From Nemertoderma westbladi (Eukaryota > Animalia > Xenacoelomorpha), in contig JAUCBJ010002331.1 in assembly GCA_032718475.1 (NCBI GenBank), positions 1-48,307 on the forward strand: DNA of 48,307 nt, in the 5' to 3' direction. Below, piece by piece: positions 12,178 to 22,718 of this stretch. The notes under the pieces are model-generated. The model saw nothing but the letters and a program-made list of their open reading frames with translations, searched no databases and was not told the DNA's origin. Every line of letters begins with the position of its first letter. Position 1 is the first letter of the stretch. A program made the position numbers and the translations under genes.

Positions 12178-14343
12178 TCAACTGACACTACTTGGGTCGA
12201 AATTGGGATTTTCTTCCAAGTATATCAGTATCCAATGGACAAGTGTTGAGTGGTCAGCTTTGCACTGCCTGCAAACTGGAGGTGTTGTCTTAAATTTATC
12301 CACTATACACTTATTTTTGGTATGACCAGATGTGCAACAATATTGACATACATTCTGTAAGATATACCATGCTGTCTTTTTATCAATGGCACAATTATGA
12401 TATGCCTTACATGCAAACAATTTGTGTCCTGCTGTAAGACAATAGGGACAAATAACATTAGTAGGGTTAGATTGTTCTGAGCTAGATGGAACAGCTATTG
12501 AATTAGCAGTTCCTGCTTGGCTCACTGATGTGCTACTAACATTAGCACTTGCAGCAGTGTATGCTGCTGTATGAGCTGAAGGTTTGCTACGTTTAGGACC
12601 CCTAGACTTATTTGGTGCATGGGTAGATGGATCTGCTACTGAACTGGTAGCAGTAACTGCTGATTTAGGAGTATTTTCAGTTCCAGCTGTTATATTGGAC
12701 ACCAAAGGAGCAGACTTCAAAGTATTAATAGTAGATATTTTCTGCTTATTTACAGAAGTTGTAGTAATGGGTGTAGAACTCGCTGAAGTTTTCGATGAAG
12801 ACTTGTACCGAAAAACTGGATCATTCTGGATGTCGCTCTCATCAGAAATGAATTCTGCAAGTTCTGTTAGCAAGGGTTCTCTCTTGTTATTACGACGAAT
12901 GTTGAAAACTTTTCGTTGCCATCGGTCGAATATGTAAGTGGGAAGATTACTTGCAACCTTTTGTAGATTCACCGAAGAGTTCATTTCTCGCAAACATTTG
13001 AAGTGTTTTAATGCTAACATTCTCTGACTAATTTTATCAGAGTATGAACGTAGTTTTACAGATTTCTCTTCACGTGTTCCTTTGGTTAAGTCAACCTCTT
13101 CAGTTAACTGCTGAACAAGGCGCTCAACTAGAATGGAAGGATGGCCATAACGCTTGTGCAAAGCTTCCCAAGCTGCATCATAACCACCTTTAATGGACCT
13201 GTAGCCAGTTATTAGGCTACAGGGTTCAGTGCCTAAATGGTTCTCAAGCAACTGAAATCTCTCGACCTCTGTCAAGTCCTTACCATCGATCATGGAGATA
13301 AAGCTACAAAGAAAATTTAAATATTCTTCAGGTTCACCATTGAACCGAGCTACTTGGACAGGTGGTAAGGTAAGACGAGTTGTCATTCGATCCATTGCCT
13401 TCCGGTTGGCATTATTAGAATTGAGGGTGTCTCTCATCAGGTTGCACATTTGCATCTGGATAAGTGTAGAAGCATCCAATGGCTGTGCGACATTTCCAGG
13501 AGGAACAAAGGCTACCTGTTGAAGACCTTCTGTAGGATGATGAGTGTAATATCCGATAGGTGTCGAGAAATAACTTAGATGGGAACCACTAACCATAGTT
13601 GGTTGAACATTAGGCACTGCTTCATTTCTATTTGATAATGAAAAAACTGATGCTTCATTTTCTGAGTCACTTTCATGATTTATACCAGATGTGGCGGTTC
13701 CGGTATTAAGATATCTAATTGGATCATTAACAACTTTATGATAATTATTTCCACTACTACCAGCACCTGTGTATGAGGGCATATCGGTACTACCATGTAG
13801 CTCATCATAATATAGGACAGGTTTACAATGAAAAATATTAGTATCGATGGCTGTCTTATTTATGCCTGGAATGGGTAGCTCATTAGCAACATTAGACTTA
13901 ATTACTTCAGGCTGCATCATGGGTAATACACTATCCCTACATGTAGTAAAATCATGAAAAGAATCTTGATCAGAGGTGTTATGATGATCAGAATAAATGT
14001 CTGTTTGCCTATGGCTACCTATATTATTCATTTTGGACAGAGGTTGTGACAGTGGGCCTACTGAGAATGTTCTGGACATTTGATCACTCAGCCGCCCAGT
14101 TAGTTGCGATGGGAACGCACTATCCGTCACAGAGTGAGATTTTGAATAAGAATCATTTCTTCGACTAATATTCATGTTTGTTGAAGAAAGGGTACTGGTG
14201 TTCGCATAAGCTGATTTACCAGCTGTATAAAGTTTTGATTTAAACGCAGGTGCAGCTGGGCATAAAGTTGACTGAACATTGTCTACACTTACACTAACAG
14301 TTGATATAGATACTCTGATGGAAAATCTGATTGCGATGCACAT
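12178..14343 (-). CDS. gag: BEL/Pao Gag, C-terminal part (capsid-like domain plus three CCHC-type knuckles)
   Basis: LPPVQVARFNGEPEEYLNF..YDAAWEALHKRYG; CPYCLTAGHKLFAC, CQYCCTSGHTKNKC, CRQCKADHSTLVH. Confidence 0.92.
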   Translation of the reverse strand: MCIAIRFSIRVSISTVSVSVDNVQSTLCPAAPAFKSKLYTAGKSAYANTSTLSSTNMNISRRNDSYSKSHSVTDSAFPSQLTGRLSDQMSRTFSVGPLSQPLSKMNNIGSHRQTDIYSDHHNTSDQDSFHDFTTCRDSVLPMMQPEVIKSNVANELPIPGINKTAIDTNIFHCKPVLYYDELHGSTDMPSYTGAGSSGNNYHKVVNDPIRYLNTGTATSGINHESDSENEASVFSLSNRNEAVPNVQPTMVSGSHLSYFSTPIGYYTHHPTEGLQQVAFVPPGNVAQPLDASTLIQMQMCNLMRDTLNSNNANRKAMDRMTTRLTLPPVQVARFNGEPEEYLNFLCSFISMIDGKDLTEVERFQLLENHLGTEPCSLITGYRSIKGGYDAAWEALHKRYGHPSILVERLVQQLTEEVDLTKGTREEKSVKLRSYSDKISQRMLALKHFKCLREMNSSVNLQKVASNLPTYIFDRWQRKVFNIRRNNKREPLLTELAEFISDESDIQNDPVFRYKSSSKTSASSTPITTTSVNKQKISTINTLKSAPLVSNITAGTENTPKSAVTATSSVADPSTHAPNKSRGPKRSKPSAHTAAYTAASANVSSTSVSQAGTANSIAVPSSSEQSNPTNVICPYCLTAGHKLFACKAYHNCAIDKKTAWYILQNVCQYCCTSGHTKNKCIVDKFKTTPPVCRQCKADHSTLVHWILIYLEENPNFDPSSVS

Positions 14344-15632
14344 GAGTTAGAGTTATTGATGCTACTTCGATCACTCAGTATCCTCTGAACTTCATCTTCA
14401 ACACTGCACTCCAGAGCGGCTTGTGAAAGTTCTAGTCTCTTCTGAGCTTCGAAAAATAACTTCATACGTTCAGTAGCACGATCTTCCTTTCTCAGAGCAA
14501 GCTCGATTAATTTACTCTCTTCTTCTTTTCGAATTAATTGTATATTAAGATTAGATCGAGTCTCCTCTTGTTTTTCCCAAAGTTTCTGTTCCTTCTCAAC
14601 ATGTCTAAGAAGAATTTCTGCCTCCTTTTTCTGTTCAAGAAGCCGATGAGTACGAGTCTGAGAATTACAGGAAGACCTACTGGTATTTTTACTATGTTTA
14701 CTGGAATTGTGTGACTTTGATCTATGACCAGTATTATGAGAATAAGGATGTTTAGACAATGGCAAATCGCTAGAATTAAAAACAGACTGCGAAACTAGTG
14801 AAACTCCTAATCCCGTATCACTTACAGATACATTATGTTCAGATGAGACTACTACTGGTTGGGATACAGGTGTTGAAGTACTTACAGGTACCGGTAGTCC
14901 TACCGGTAGTACTGGAGAAGCAGCAGCACTAACATATTCTACAAACATGTTTGTTGCTTGATTATCTTGGTGACTTGTACTAATGTCAACTGATATTCCA
15001 ATATCAGATTGGTATTGTATAAATCTAGACTTCATTTTATCAAGCCTGATTTGCGCATTATCCATATGAACTTTATAATCTTCAAAGCACTGTTCACGTT
15101 TTGATTCATTGCACAAAAGAGTATATAAATCAAGCATTTCCTGAGAAATGGTATCCAGCTTATATAAAATTGAAGCTGACTCTTTTATAAGCTGCGATAA
15201 TTGATTTTCACTTGGCATAGGCCTACTGACATTAAACTGTTCAAAATATGAATTAAATTTTCTAGTAAACTGTCCACGCCAATACGTTTGTTGTTTTTTA
15301 AGATATTTTAGACGTGCTGCTGGTGCAGTTGACGTTGATGCTGCAGAATTGGACTGATATTTATTTGCATTGTCCTCTCCAGTTGTACCAGTGGCAGAAT
15401 CAGGATTGTCACTGTTTATAACCCCCTCTTCTATGGTCACCGCCACAGAAGTTTGAGGTCGAGGGTAGCTGGAACTGTCTATAAATTCATCTGATTCTTG
15501 ATGAACTACAGGTACAGTACCGGTACTACTAATAGGGGAGTTTCGCGGTTCAAACACATCCCCAACCTCAGACTCGACAATAGGAGCCGATGTACTGGTA
15601 TGAATGACTGTAGTGTTACTTTCAGTAGACAT
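14289..15632 (-). CDS. gag: BEL/Pao Gag, N-terminal coiled-coil and Ser-rich part (out of frame with the downstream gag ORF)
   Basis: First long ATG-initiated ORF after the leader. Charged coiled-coil segments; overlaps the next ORF by about 55 nt in another frame. Confidence 0.8.
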   Translation of the reverse strand: MSTESNTTVIHTSTSAPIVESEVGDVFEPRNSPISSTGTVPVVHQESDEFIDSSSYPRPQTSVAVTIEEGVINSDNPDSATGTTGEDNANKYQSNSAASTSTAPAARLKYLKKQQTYWRGQFTRKFNSYFEQFNVSRPMPSENQLSQLIKESASILYKLDTISQEMLDLYTLLCNESKREQCFEDYKVHMDNAQIRLDKMKSRFIQYQSDIGISVDISTSHQDNQATNMFVEYVSAAASPVLPVGLPVPVSTSTPVSQPVVVSSEHNVSVSDTGLGVSLVSQSVFNSSDLPLSKHPYSHNTGHRSKSHNSSKHSKNTSRSSCNSQTRTHRLLEQKKEAEILLRHVEKEQKLWEKQEETRSNLNIQLIRKEEESKLIELALRKEDRATERMKLFFEAQKRLELSQAALECSVEDEVQRILSDRSSINNSNSCASQSDFPSEYLYQLLV

Positions 15633-16198
15633 AGTAAGATAGCGACTTCTATTACTGTATTAATCCTACAGTTACAAAGTCTGAAAGGTGACTACAGGCA
15701 GACAGGACTAGGTTAGCTAGTTAATTGTCAGTATAAATTAAATACCGGTAGGCTCTGTCAGTCAGTGACAATATGACAGTTCAGTATGATGATCAGATGA
15801 TCCAAACTTACTGCAATTTTAGACCTAGCAGCCTAGGGCAGTAGGGCCTACCTACTGGATAATTAGCTAATCCGTAATGTGCAGGTGCAGACTGACTGAA
15901 AAATTAATACCGGTAATTATGCAATACAACCTGAACCTTTAATAAAACCAAACGTTTCAGCAGTTTTAACCATTGACCTACAATTTTTATTTAAATATAT
16001 GCAGGCTACGGCCTACCGGTACTGTTAGACTTAGACAGGTACCAGGGTACCGGCAGACCGGTACCGATAAACAGATAAAAGCAGAAAAGGTACCGGTATG
16101 ATTATTACCAGTCTGCCTGTCTGCCAGTACAGCAGTACCGATATTTTCTGATCAGCTGATTACCGGGTACAGGATTAATTTCGGAATTAATTGAGATT

Positions 16199-16214
16199 CA
16201 ATACTCTTTTTTAC
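16199..16214 (-). promoter_or_regulatory. Non-tRNA primer-binding site complementary to the element's own LTR
   Basis: Minus strand GTAAAAAAGAGTATTG abuts the LTR end. It is the perfect reverse complement of LTR segment 16648-16633 (CAATACTCTTTTTTAC). Confidence 0.8.
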
Positions 16215-17170
16215 TGTTCCGGATATTGAGAGAAAACCACCAGGTTTTAACTTAGCGGTGTTTACCTACAGGCTAAGGGGGTTCGCGACCTGGTTGAACG
16301 AGAATTTGTAAGTTTTACAGGAATTTACAGTATTAACGTTCATCAATTCCGCAGTAAAGGTTGACCGATCGGCATATATTCAAGATATGGAAGTAAGGCG
16401 TAAGGGAATGTAATTCTAGGTATTGACTGATTGAGAAACAATAAAGAATATAAAAAACTTTCAACATCTATATATTTCTGAATCCGTACCGGTATGACAG
16501 TCTTACTTTCCCTGGAGCAGTAATAGCACAACAGTACAATTAGCCCGTAATAGCCTATTAGGCGTTCCTACATTCTGACATTCTGATATTTCGTTGGAAT
16601 ATTGAATATATACATGAATATAAACACATTTGGTAAAAAAGAGTATTGCGAACCCACAGGTTTTTAGCCCTGTTTTATGGATGGGCGGATGGGTGCTAAT
16701 ATACCAAGTTTTATTATCTTGGTATACTGCGGACAATACTGCCTTAATAATATTTTAGCTCTGCGTACCTATTAATAACTGTAGTTAGGATGCTGCAGTG
16801 TTAAACTGTAAAGCAGTAACCTGACTACTGGTACAGAGCTGTACTACTGACGTGGGTAATTAATTATAATCCTAAATCAGTAGCAGTGATTCAGTCTTCT
16901 GTCAATATATAAGACATTCAGACATGTGAATAATGATTACTGGCAATACTGGTTATTGGATTGCCGAGTACTGTATATTTTTATTTCTTTCTATATTGCA
17001 ATATAATTGGTATCATTCCTACCGGATAAGCTAAGCTAAGGCGAATCCTGGTTGACCTTCAATATATCTCTGTTTGTAATAGAATCACACGGTGTGTTAA
17101 TTATTAATAAAGTCGGGTAAACCAATGATTGTTGACTCATTATTATTGAGTCTTTGCAACTTACGGCACA
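16215..17170 (-). repeat. 5' LTR of element 1
   Basis: Direct repeat of 6759-7714. TATA-like CATAAAA at 16679-16673. Confidence 0.97.
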
Positions 17171-17250
17171 GGAAGTGGGTTGCTAAATATTGAATGGGGG
17201 TTTTCGATAATTTAACGAAACAGGGTTGACGGCAGAATAATCTCGACTGG

Positions 17251-17264
17251 GTCGGGGGCCACCA
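17251..17264 (-). promoter_or_regulatory. tRNA-Trp-like PBS of the interrupted Gypsy-like element
   Basis: TGGTGGCCCCCGAC resembles the tRNA-Trp PBS TGGTGACCCCGAC. About 115 nt upstream of the gag ATG once element 1 is removed. Confidence 0.6.
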
Positions 17265-17265
17265 A

Positions 17266-17518
17266 GGAAGTGGTGCTAGTAGATATAAAATAAAAGACTA
17301 ACTGAATATATCTTGTTTGTCATCATATTAAACGAAGGACAATGTATATAAACAGATAAATCAATCGGTCAGCAGTAAACAATGCAGTCAGCCCCATACT
17401 CAGTACAGCAGTAGTCAGATTCAAAGATATAAGTCCTCCATGCCAGTCCTACTCGCATTCCACCAGGAGGTACGGACACCACATAACATATCCACACTAT
17501 GCCCTCGTGATATCTTCA
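17266..17518 (-). repeat. Candidate 5' LTR of the Gypsy-like remnant
   Basis: Adjacent to the PBS. Minus strand begins TGAAG and ends CTTCC (imperfect CTTCA). No second copy seen. Confidence 0.35.
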
Positions 17519-18610
17519 TATTAAGGTTTGTGTGACGCGAAATTTTATTATTATTATTTTGTTATTTTTGGAATTTAGTTTATGTTAGTTATTAATTTAA
17601 ATGTAAATTATTGAAGGTCGAAACTGATGCAGATGTAATCTGCAATAAAAACACTACAAATTCGACATTAATATAGCAAGTACAGTAAATTGAATCTTCG
17701 TTATAGATGTAATTTAAGGCTCACCGTTAAATAAACAGTGGTGCTGTTTGGTGGTATTTTCCTCATCACCATAATCGTAAGTAAATTACCAACGGTTCCA
17801 ATAACTGCTAGAACTGGCAGAATGTACATTCCTGAATAGGAAAACACTGAGATTAAAAAAAACTGCCACATGTTTATTACATCATTTTAATAATAATAAT
17901 ACAATTATAAAAGTCTTAAGTAGGATCCATATAGATTTAGGTATAGTCCGTAGAAATAGGTCTAAAAAAAGCCGAACCGGAAAAATTTCAGCTAATTTGC
18001 ATTCTTACTTCCTTCTTTCGCGATACCCCAAAATTTCAAACGATCAAAATAAAAAAAATAATTGCACTACTATATTACTATTCCTGTAAATAGTACTTAC
18101 TATTGTAGAATGTGGTTTATTATAAATAAGTGGCCTGCTTGGAAGAAAAAAATACAGTTAACTTTCTAATGCCTGCCCATGAGCTATTTTGCAACCAAAT
18201 TCAAATGTTTGTACATATTTGGAATCCTTGTCCTGCCAGCTTTCCATTGGTACAAGCAAATCACTATAATTTTGAAGAATAACTGCATGCCATGCACATA
18301 TCTAACATCTTAGTGACATCGGCACCAGGTGACGGTGGGTAGGTTGTATCTCTTCTATGATTGGGCTGTGATGAGCAGTGTGCAGTGTGTATGTCTTAAT
18401 GGGCAGTGTGTATGATATTGCTATTATTTTTTGCAATTAATATTGATATGCATGTGTTTTCTTACTTGCCATGTATGGTGATGTATATTCTATTCGTGCC
18501 GTACCAGTTTACAGTTATTTTGGAACATACGATGTTATATAAGTTTGTAACTTGTTATTGTATCGGTCCAACTTGTTTTGGAAAATATACATTCTATTAT
18601 ATTATATAAC

Positions 18611-18702
18611 GAAAATAAAAATTATGGCTCACCCACTATGTATGAGGGAGGTGAAACTATTTCTGTTTCAAATGTCATGCAATCTCAAAAGATTTTTTTA
18701 AG
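18611..18702 (-). mobile_element. Fragment of the MITE arm family seen at 22719-23600
   Basis: AAAAATTATGGCTCACCCACTA..GAAACTATTTCTGTTTCAAATGTCATGCAATCTC aligns with 23453-23530. Confidence 0.7.
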
Positions 18703-19115
18703 AACATGGTGTAAGACAGATAGTCTCAAACAGTATCTATATTTAACAATTGTTTATATAAACTTACCAAATATCCAAGCTGCCTTGAACTCATTTGATT
18801 CTCCAACTCTTTTCCAATATAGTTCGTCAATTTCTTTTGAAATATTTTCAGCACTACCCGACCAGTCCACAGCTGGGTCATCTTTCCAATACTTCGCTAT
18901 CTCAATCTCGCACAATTCCCCCATTTGATAGTTGAATTCTAGACCCACGAATGCTATTTGAACATATAATTTTAGAATTTATTATATGCCGGGACATAAT
19001 ACCAAAAAAATACTCAGTCAAATTAAAGTACTTAGCTGAAAATTCCATGAATGAAAGAACCTATTTTAACTGAACAATCAACTTCCCCTCCATTATATTT
19101 ATGAAAAACGTTGAA

Positions 19116-20936
19116 CTACTACTACTAGGATCGGCATGCTGCATTGCAGCTGCATTTTTAAGAATGCTGTGCCGGCTTGTCAACAAAATTGCACCGCCAC
19201 AACTCCCTATCACCCATGACATTTGCTAAATCATCCGCATCTTCAAGGCCAGTGTCCTTTAAGATGCGTCTCAAGAAAGTCATGGGCTGTCCACCATGCT
19301 TATTCACTCCATGAGGCTGCCAAAGTACAAGATTATGCACTGGCTGGTCCTCACGGCGAAAGCAATGTCCTGCAAAGCGGAGGCGATTTTGTTCTAGTGT
19401 CAAGCTTGGGGGAACCAATGAGACACCTCCAATGTTATATAGTGTCTGGTTGGAGATGTGTGCATTGTACTTGACACAATGAACCCGGCGTAGCATTCTT
19501 GCGAATGTGCCATCCAGAGATTTGGTGTCCTCAGCAGTTAGAGCCCAGCATGGACTCCCGTAGAGGAGTACTGGAACTACTGCTGCTCTAAATAATCGGA
19601 CCTTAAGTTTCCGATTAATTCTCGGTGACTTCCAAATCCTGGAAAGCCTATTCAAGGCTGCCCATGCCTTTCCCTTACGTATTCGAAGGTCCTCACCTGA
19701 CTTCCGGATCCATGATCCCAGGTAACAGAAGTCGTCCACATGCTCAAGCATACCATCCTTTGAGCTTATGGTCATCCGACAAGAGACTTGCTGAGGACTT
19801 TCAAAGTTAACTGTCAGAATTTTGGTCTTTCTGGAGTTAATAAAAAGACCAACACTAGAAACAGCATGTTCTAATGAGCTGAGGAGCCGTTTGGCTCCCT
19901 CTAATGATTCTGAGAGTACTCCTAAGTCATCAGCAAAGTCTAGATCAGTTAGGTACTTGGCCGGATTTCCTCGACTTCTGGAGCCAGTTGGTGGAGTTAT
20001 CATCACCCCATCATCATTATAATGATCTAAGGACATGCGTAGAACATAGTCAACCACAATAATGAACAAGAATGGTGCAAGTGTGTCTCCTTGGAGGACG
20101 CCCCATAACACTTCAAATGGTTCTGTGTCACCGTCAACAGTAGACACAAATGTTGTCGAACCATCGTATACTGATCTGATTGCAGCAATAATTTCATCAG
20201 GAATCCCATATAATGAAAGTATGCTGAACATACGTGAGCGAGAGACTGAATCAAAGGCCTTGAAGAAGTCAACAAAGATAACAGCCAGATGCCTGTCTTT
20301 CTTTTTTGATAACTCTTCAATTATCCTTCTAAGTGCCAAAATAGGCTCCATGGTCCCACGACCTTTACGGAACCCATTCTGATTTCCACGGAGCAGTCTC
20401 TCAATGGGATCCCTGATGTGATTTAATAGAATCCTATTGTATAGCTTTGCAGCAATCGAGATCAATGAGATTCCCCGAAAAGAACCATAGAGTGTTAGGT
20501 TGCCCTTCTTGGGAACTGGCACCAACTTATTTGTTTTCATTTCTTGTGGGACTCTTGTTGTTCGGTACATGTCTACTATGATGGGATAGATGAGCTTTAA
20601 ACACTCAGGTATTTTAAAGACCTCAGACCTCAAAGACCTCACCGCATCAACCTGTTGGTTTATTAGCTCCTGTAGATTAGCAGAGTACTGCCTGTTCAGG
20701 GACCTAGATGCAGCCTTAACTGCATTCTTGGCCGCTGTAGTCTGTTTGAGTCGGGACTCTTTCTGCACCTTATGAAGGTCATTTCGGCACTTCTGAATTT
20801 TGTTGTCAGTCCAGGGGGCCCTTTTCCTGTTTCGAGGGTATACAGGAACTGTTTCTGCAGCTGCTAACTTAACTGCTTCTGTAAAGGCAGTATAGCCCTC
20901 ACAGTGATCTGCCGCCTCAGAGGCAAGAGCCTCTGC
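19116..20936 (-). mobile_element. 5'-truncated RTE-clade LINE
   Basis: RT ORF, short 3' UTR, (TAG)4 tail, 12-bp TSD AAAAACGTTGAA (19104-19115, 20937-20948). Confidence 0.93.
19158..20936 (-). CDS. RTE-type reverse transcriptase (endonuclease missing)
   Basis: FRGISL, QNGFRKGR, FVDFFKAFDSV, GVLQGDTLAPFLF, DFADD, DFCYLGS. The first ~21 aa of the listed ORF come from flanking DNA. Confidence 0.92.
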   Translation of the reverse strand, partial: AEALASEAADHCEGYTAFTEAVKLAAAETVPVYPRNRKRAPWTDNKIQKCRNDLHKVQKESRLKQTTAAKNAVKAASRSLNRQYSANLQELINQQVDAVRSLRSEVFKIPECLKLIYPIIVDMYRTTRVPQEMKTNKLVPVPKKGNLTLYGSFRGISLISIAAKLYNRILLNHIRDPIERLLRGNQNGFRKGRGTMEPILALRRIIEELSKKKDRHLAVIFVDFFKAFDSVSRSRMFSILSLYGIPDEIIAAIRSVYDGSTTFVSTVDGDTEPFEVLWGVLQGDTLAPFLFIIVVDYVLRMSLDHYNDDGVMITPPTGSRSRGNPAKYLTDLDFADDLGVLSESLEGAKRLLSSLEHAVSSVGLFINSRKTKILTVNFESPQQVSCRMTISSKDGMLEHVDDFCYLGSWIRKSGEDLRIRKGKAWAALNRLSRIWKSPRINRKLKVRLFRAAVVPVLLYGSPCWALTAEDTKSLDGTFARMLRRVHCVKYNAHISNQTLYNIGGVSLVPPSLTLEQNRLRFAGHCFRREDQPVHNLVLWQPHGVNKHGGQPMTFLRRILKDTGLEDADDLANVMGDRELWRCNFVDKPAQHS

Positions 20937-21059
20937 AAAAACGTTGAAAGAAAGTAATAACAGTTCAGAAGAATAGTAGTTCAGCTCTTGGATTACCATC
21001 TTTCAAAGAATATACATATTGAAAGGTATTTTTAACGAAGCTGGAATAACGGATGGACG

Positions 21060-21517
21060 CAAACTGATGGGAATGAACTGTAGGAAGACTGCAGCACCCA
21101 AACTGATGGGAATGAACTGTAGGAAGACTGCAACATCCAAACTGATGAGAATGAACTGTAGGAACTAGGAAGACTGCAGCACCCAAACTGATGAGAATGA
21201 ACTGCACGAAGACTGCAACACCCAAACTGATGAGAATGAACTGTAGGAACTAGGAAGACTGCAGCACCCAAACTGATGAGAATGAACTGTAGGAACTAGG
21301 AAGACTGCAACACCCAAACTGATGAGAATGAACTGTAGGAACTAGGAAGACTGCAACACCCAAACTGATGAGAATGAACTGTAGGAACTAGGAAGACTGC
21401 AGCACCCAAACTGATGAGAATGAACTGCACGAAGACTGCAACACCCAAACTGATGAGAATGAACTGTAGGAACTAGGAAGACTGCAGCACCCAAACTGAT
21501 GGGAATGAACTGTAGGA
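21060..21517. repeat. Minisatellite, about 10-11 units of 38/39/46 bp
   Basis: CAAACTGATG(A/G)GAATGAACTGTAGGAA(CTAGGAA)GACTGCA(G/A)CACC, with recurring length variants. Confidence 0.95.
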
Positions 21518-22083
21518 AAATTCGCTCTGCTTATTCGTTCGGGTCAACCATTGAACTACGCTCAACTTCAGCTTGGACAACTTCAGCACGACAACTTCAT
21601 ATTTCGGCCCATCCACTACCAGTAGTACACAACTCAGGATCAGCTCCTCCCTTAACCAGTTATATATCAGGAGTATAACCCAGGAGAAATCAGCGTCCAC
21701 TACCGTTAGTAGTAATAATCAATCGCAACAGAATAAGGGGTGTCGTCGCGTCATGGCAAATTTTATGGGAGAGTAGCCATAACGCGACTATCAAACTCGC
21801 GGTACGGCTACTCAAAAATACAGTATAAGTTTACTTACTTACTCACTTAAAGGTTAAAGTGTTTATATATACGCTTCGTAATATAATTCAATTTTATGTT
21901 GGGAATTTATATTGAATAAGACATTTAACTTGTAAAACCTGGGACCTCCGACATGATTTTGAGTAAAATTGAACTTTACAGTGTGGTGATGGAAAGAAAT
22001 TTGTGAGTGAGTGCAAATAAGTATACAAAGATCACAACACTAGAATTCACTATCTCCTTATCTCTTGGTTGCCACCTGTTACA

Positions 22084-22445
22084 TGGTATGCAGCAAACTT
22101 TGCCCGCGAGAAAGCTTCACCCACGTCCAATCTTTGCCAGGAGCAATCTTCGCCCTCAAAATGAGCAACTATCGCCCGGTGGAAACCTTCTCCCACAGGC
22201 AATCTTCGCCAGCGAGCAACCTTCACCCAATAAACAATTATTGTTTTGTTTATAAAAAGCCGTTTCTGTATCCTGCTCCTTTCCCTCAATTTGTTACTAA
22301 AATGGTTACTAACACAAATCTTATTGGGCGAAGGTTGCTCAGGGCGAAGATTGCCTTGCGGGCGAAGTTTTCCCCTGGGTGGTGGTTGTAAGCAGGCGAA
22401 GATTGGACGCGGGCGAAGGTTGTACGCGGGCGAAGATTACACCCA
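22084..22445. mobile_element. Foldback/Mutator-like MITE
   Basis: Arrays of CTTCGCCC (left) and GGGCGAAG (right) in inverted orientation. Flanking 10-bp duplication ACCTGTTACA (22074-22083, 22446-22455). Confidence 0.75.
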
Positions 22446-22718
22446 ACCTGTTACAGCCTTGAGTGTGCACACCATTGCCACACGCAAAATGTCTCACTCC
22501 CCTCATGTTAGGTAACTTTAGTGTATTAAAACCGCAATTGTTCTTATGAAAATTTGGGCTTTCATAATTGAAATCCATCCAATACAGTATAGAAATTGGC
22601 TATTGCCATCAACGTAATTTCGAAATAAAACAACTAGATTGACAATATACTATTTAATTCAAGGTTGATGTTATTATATCACAAAAATGTATAACAACAT
22701 ACACAATGGCCCAGAATA

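Larger units (their letters stand above)
6759..17170 (-). mobile_element. BEL/Pao LTR retrotransposon, element 1 (10.4 kb, young, integrase-truncated)
   Basis: Two 956-bp TG..CA LTRs (one mismatch noticed, 7344 A vs 16800 G), 5-bp TSD GGAAG (6754-6758, 17171-17175), gag-PR-RT-RH-IN order on the minus strand. Confidence 0.97.

Noticed and set aside
18754-19103. Coding-like minus-strand remnant flanking the RTE insertion
   Set aside because: Broken frames and no motif I can assign.
20937-20999. N-terminus of the 613-aa RT ORF as a real start
   Set aside because: It lies outside the 12-bp TSD; the LINE is 5'-truncated.
21060-21517. CRISPR array or tandem hammerheads (each unit has CTGATGA)
   Set aside because: No unique spacers, and no GAAA box or stem II follows. 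ORFs over it are repeat artefacts.
22007-22578. Cluster of overlapping ORFs
   Set aside because: Produced by GC-rich MITE subrepeats; no domain motifs.
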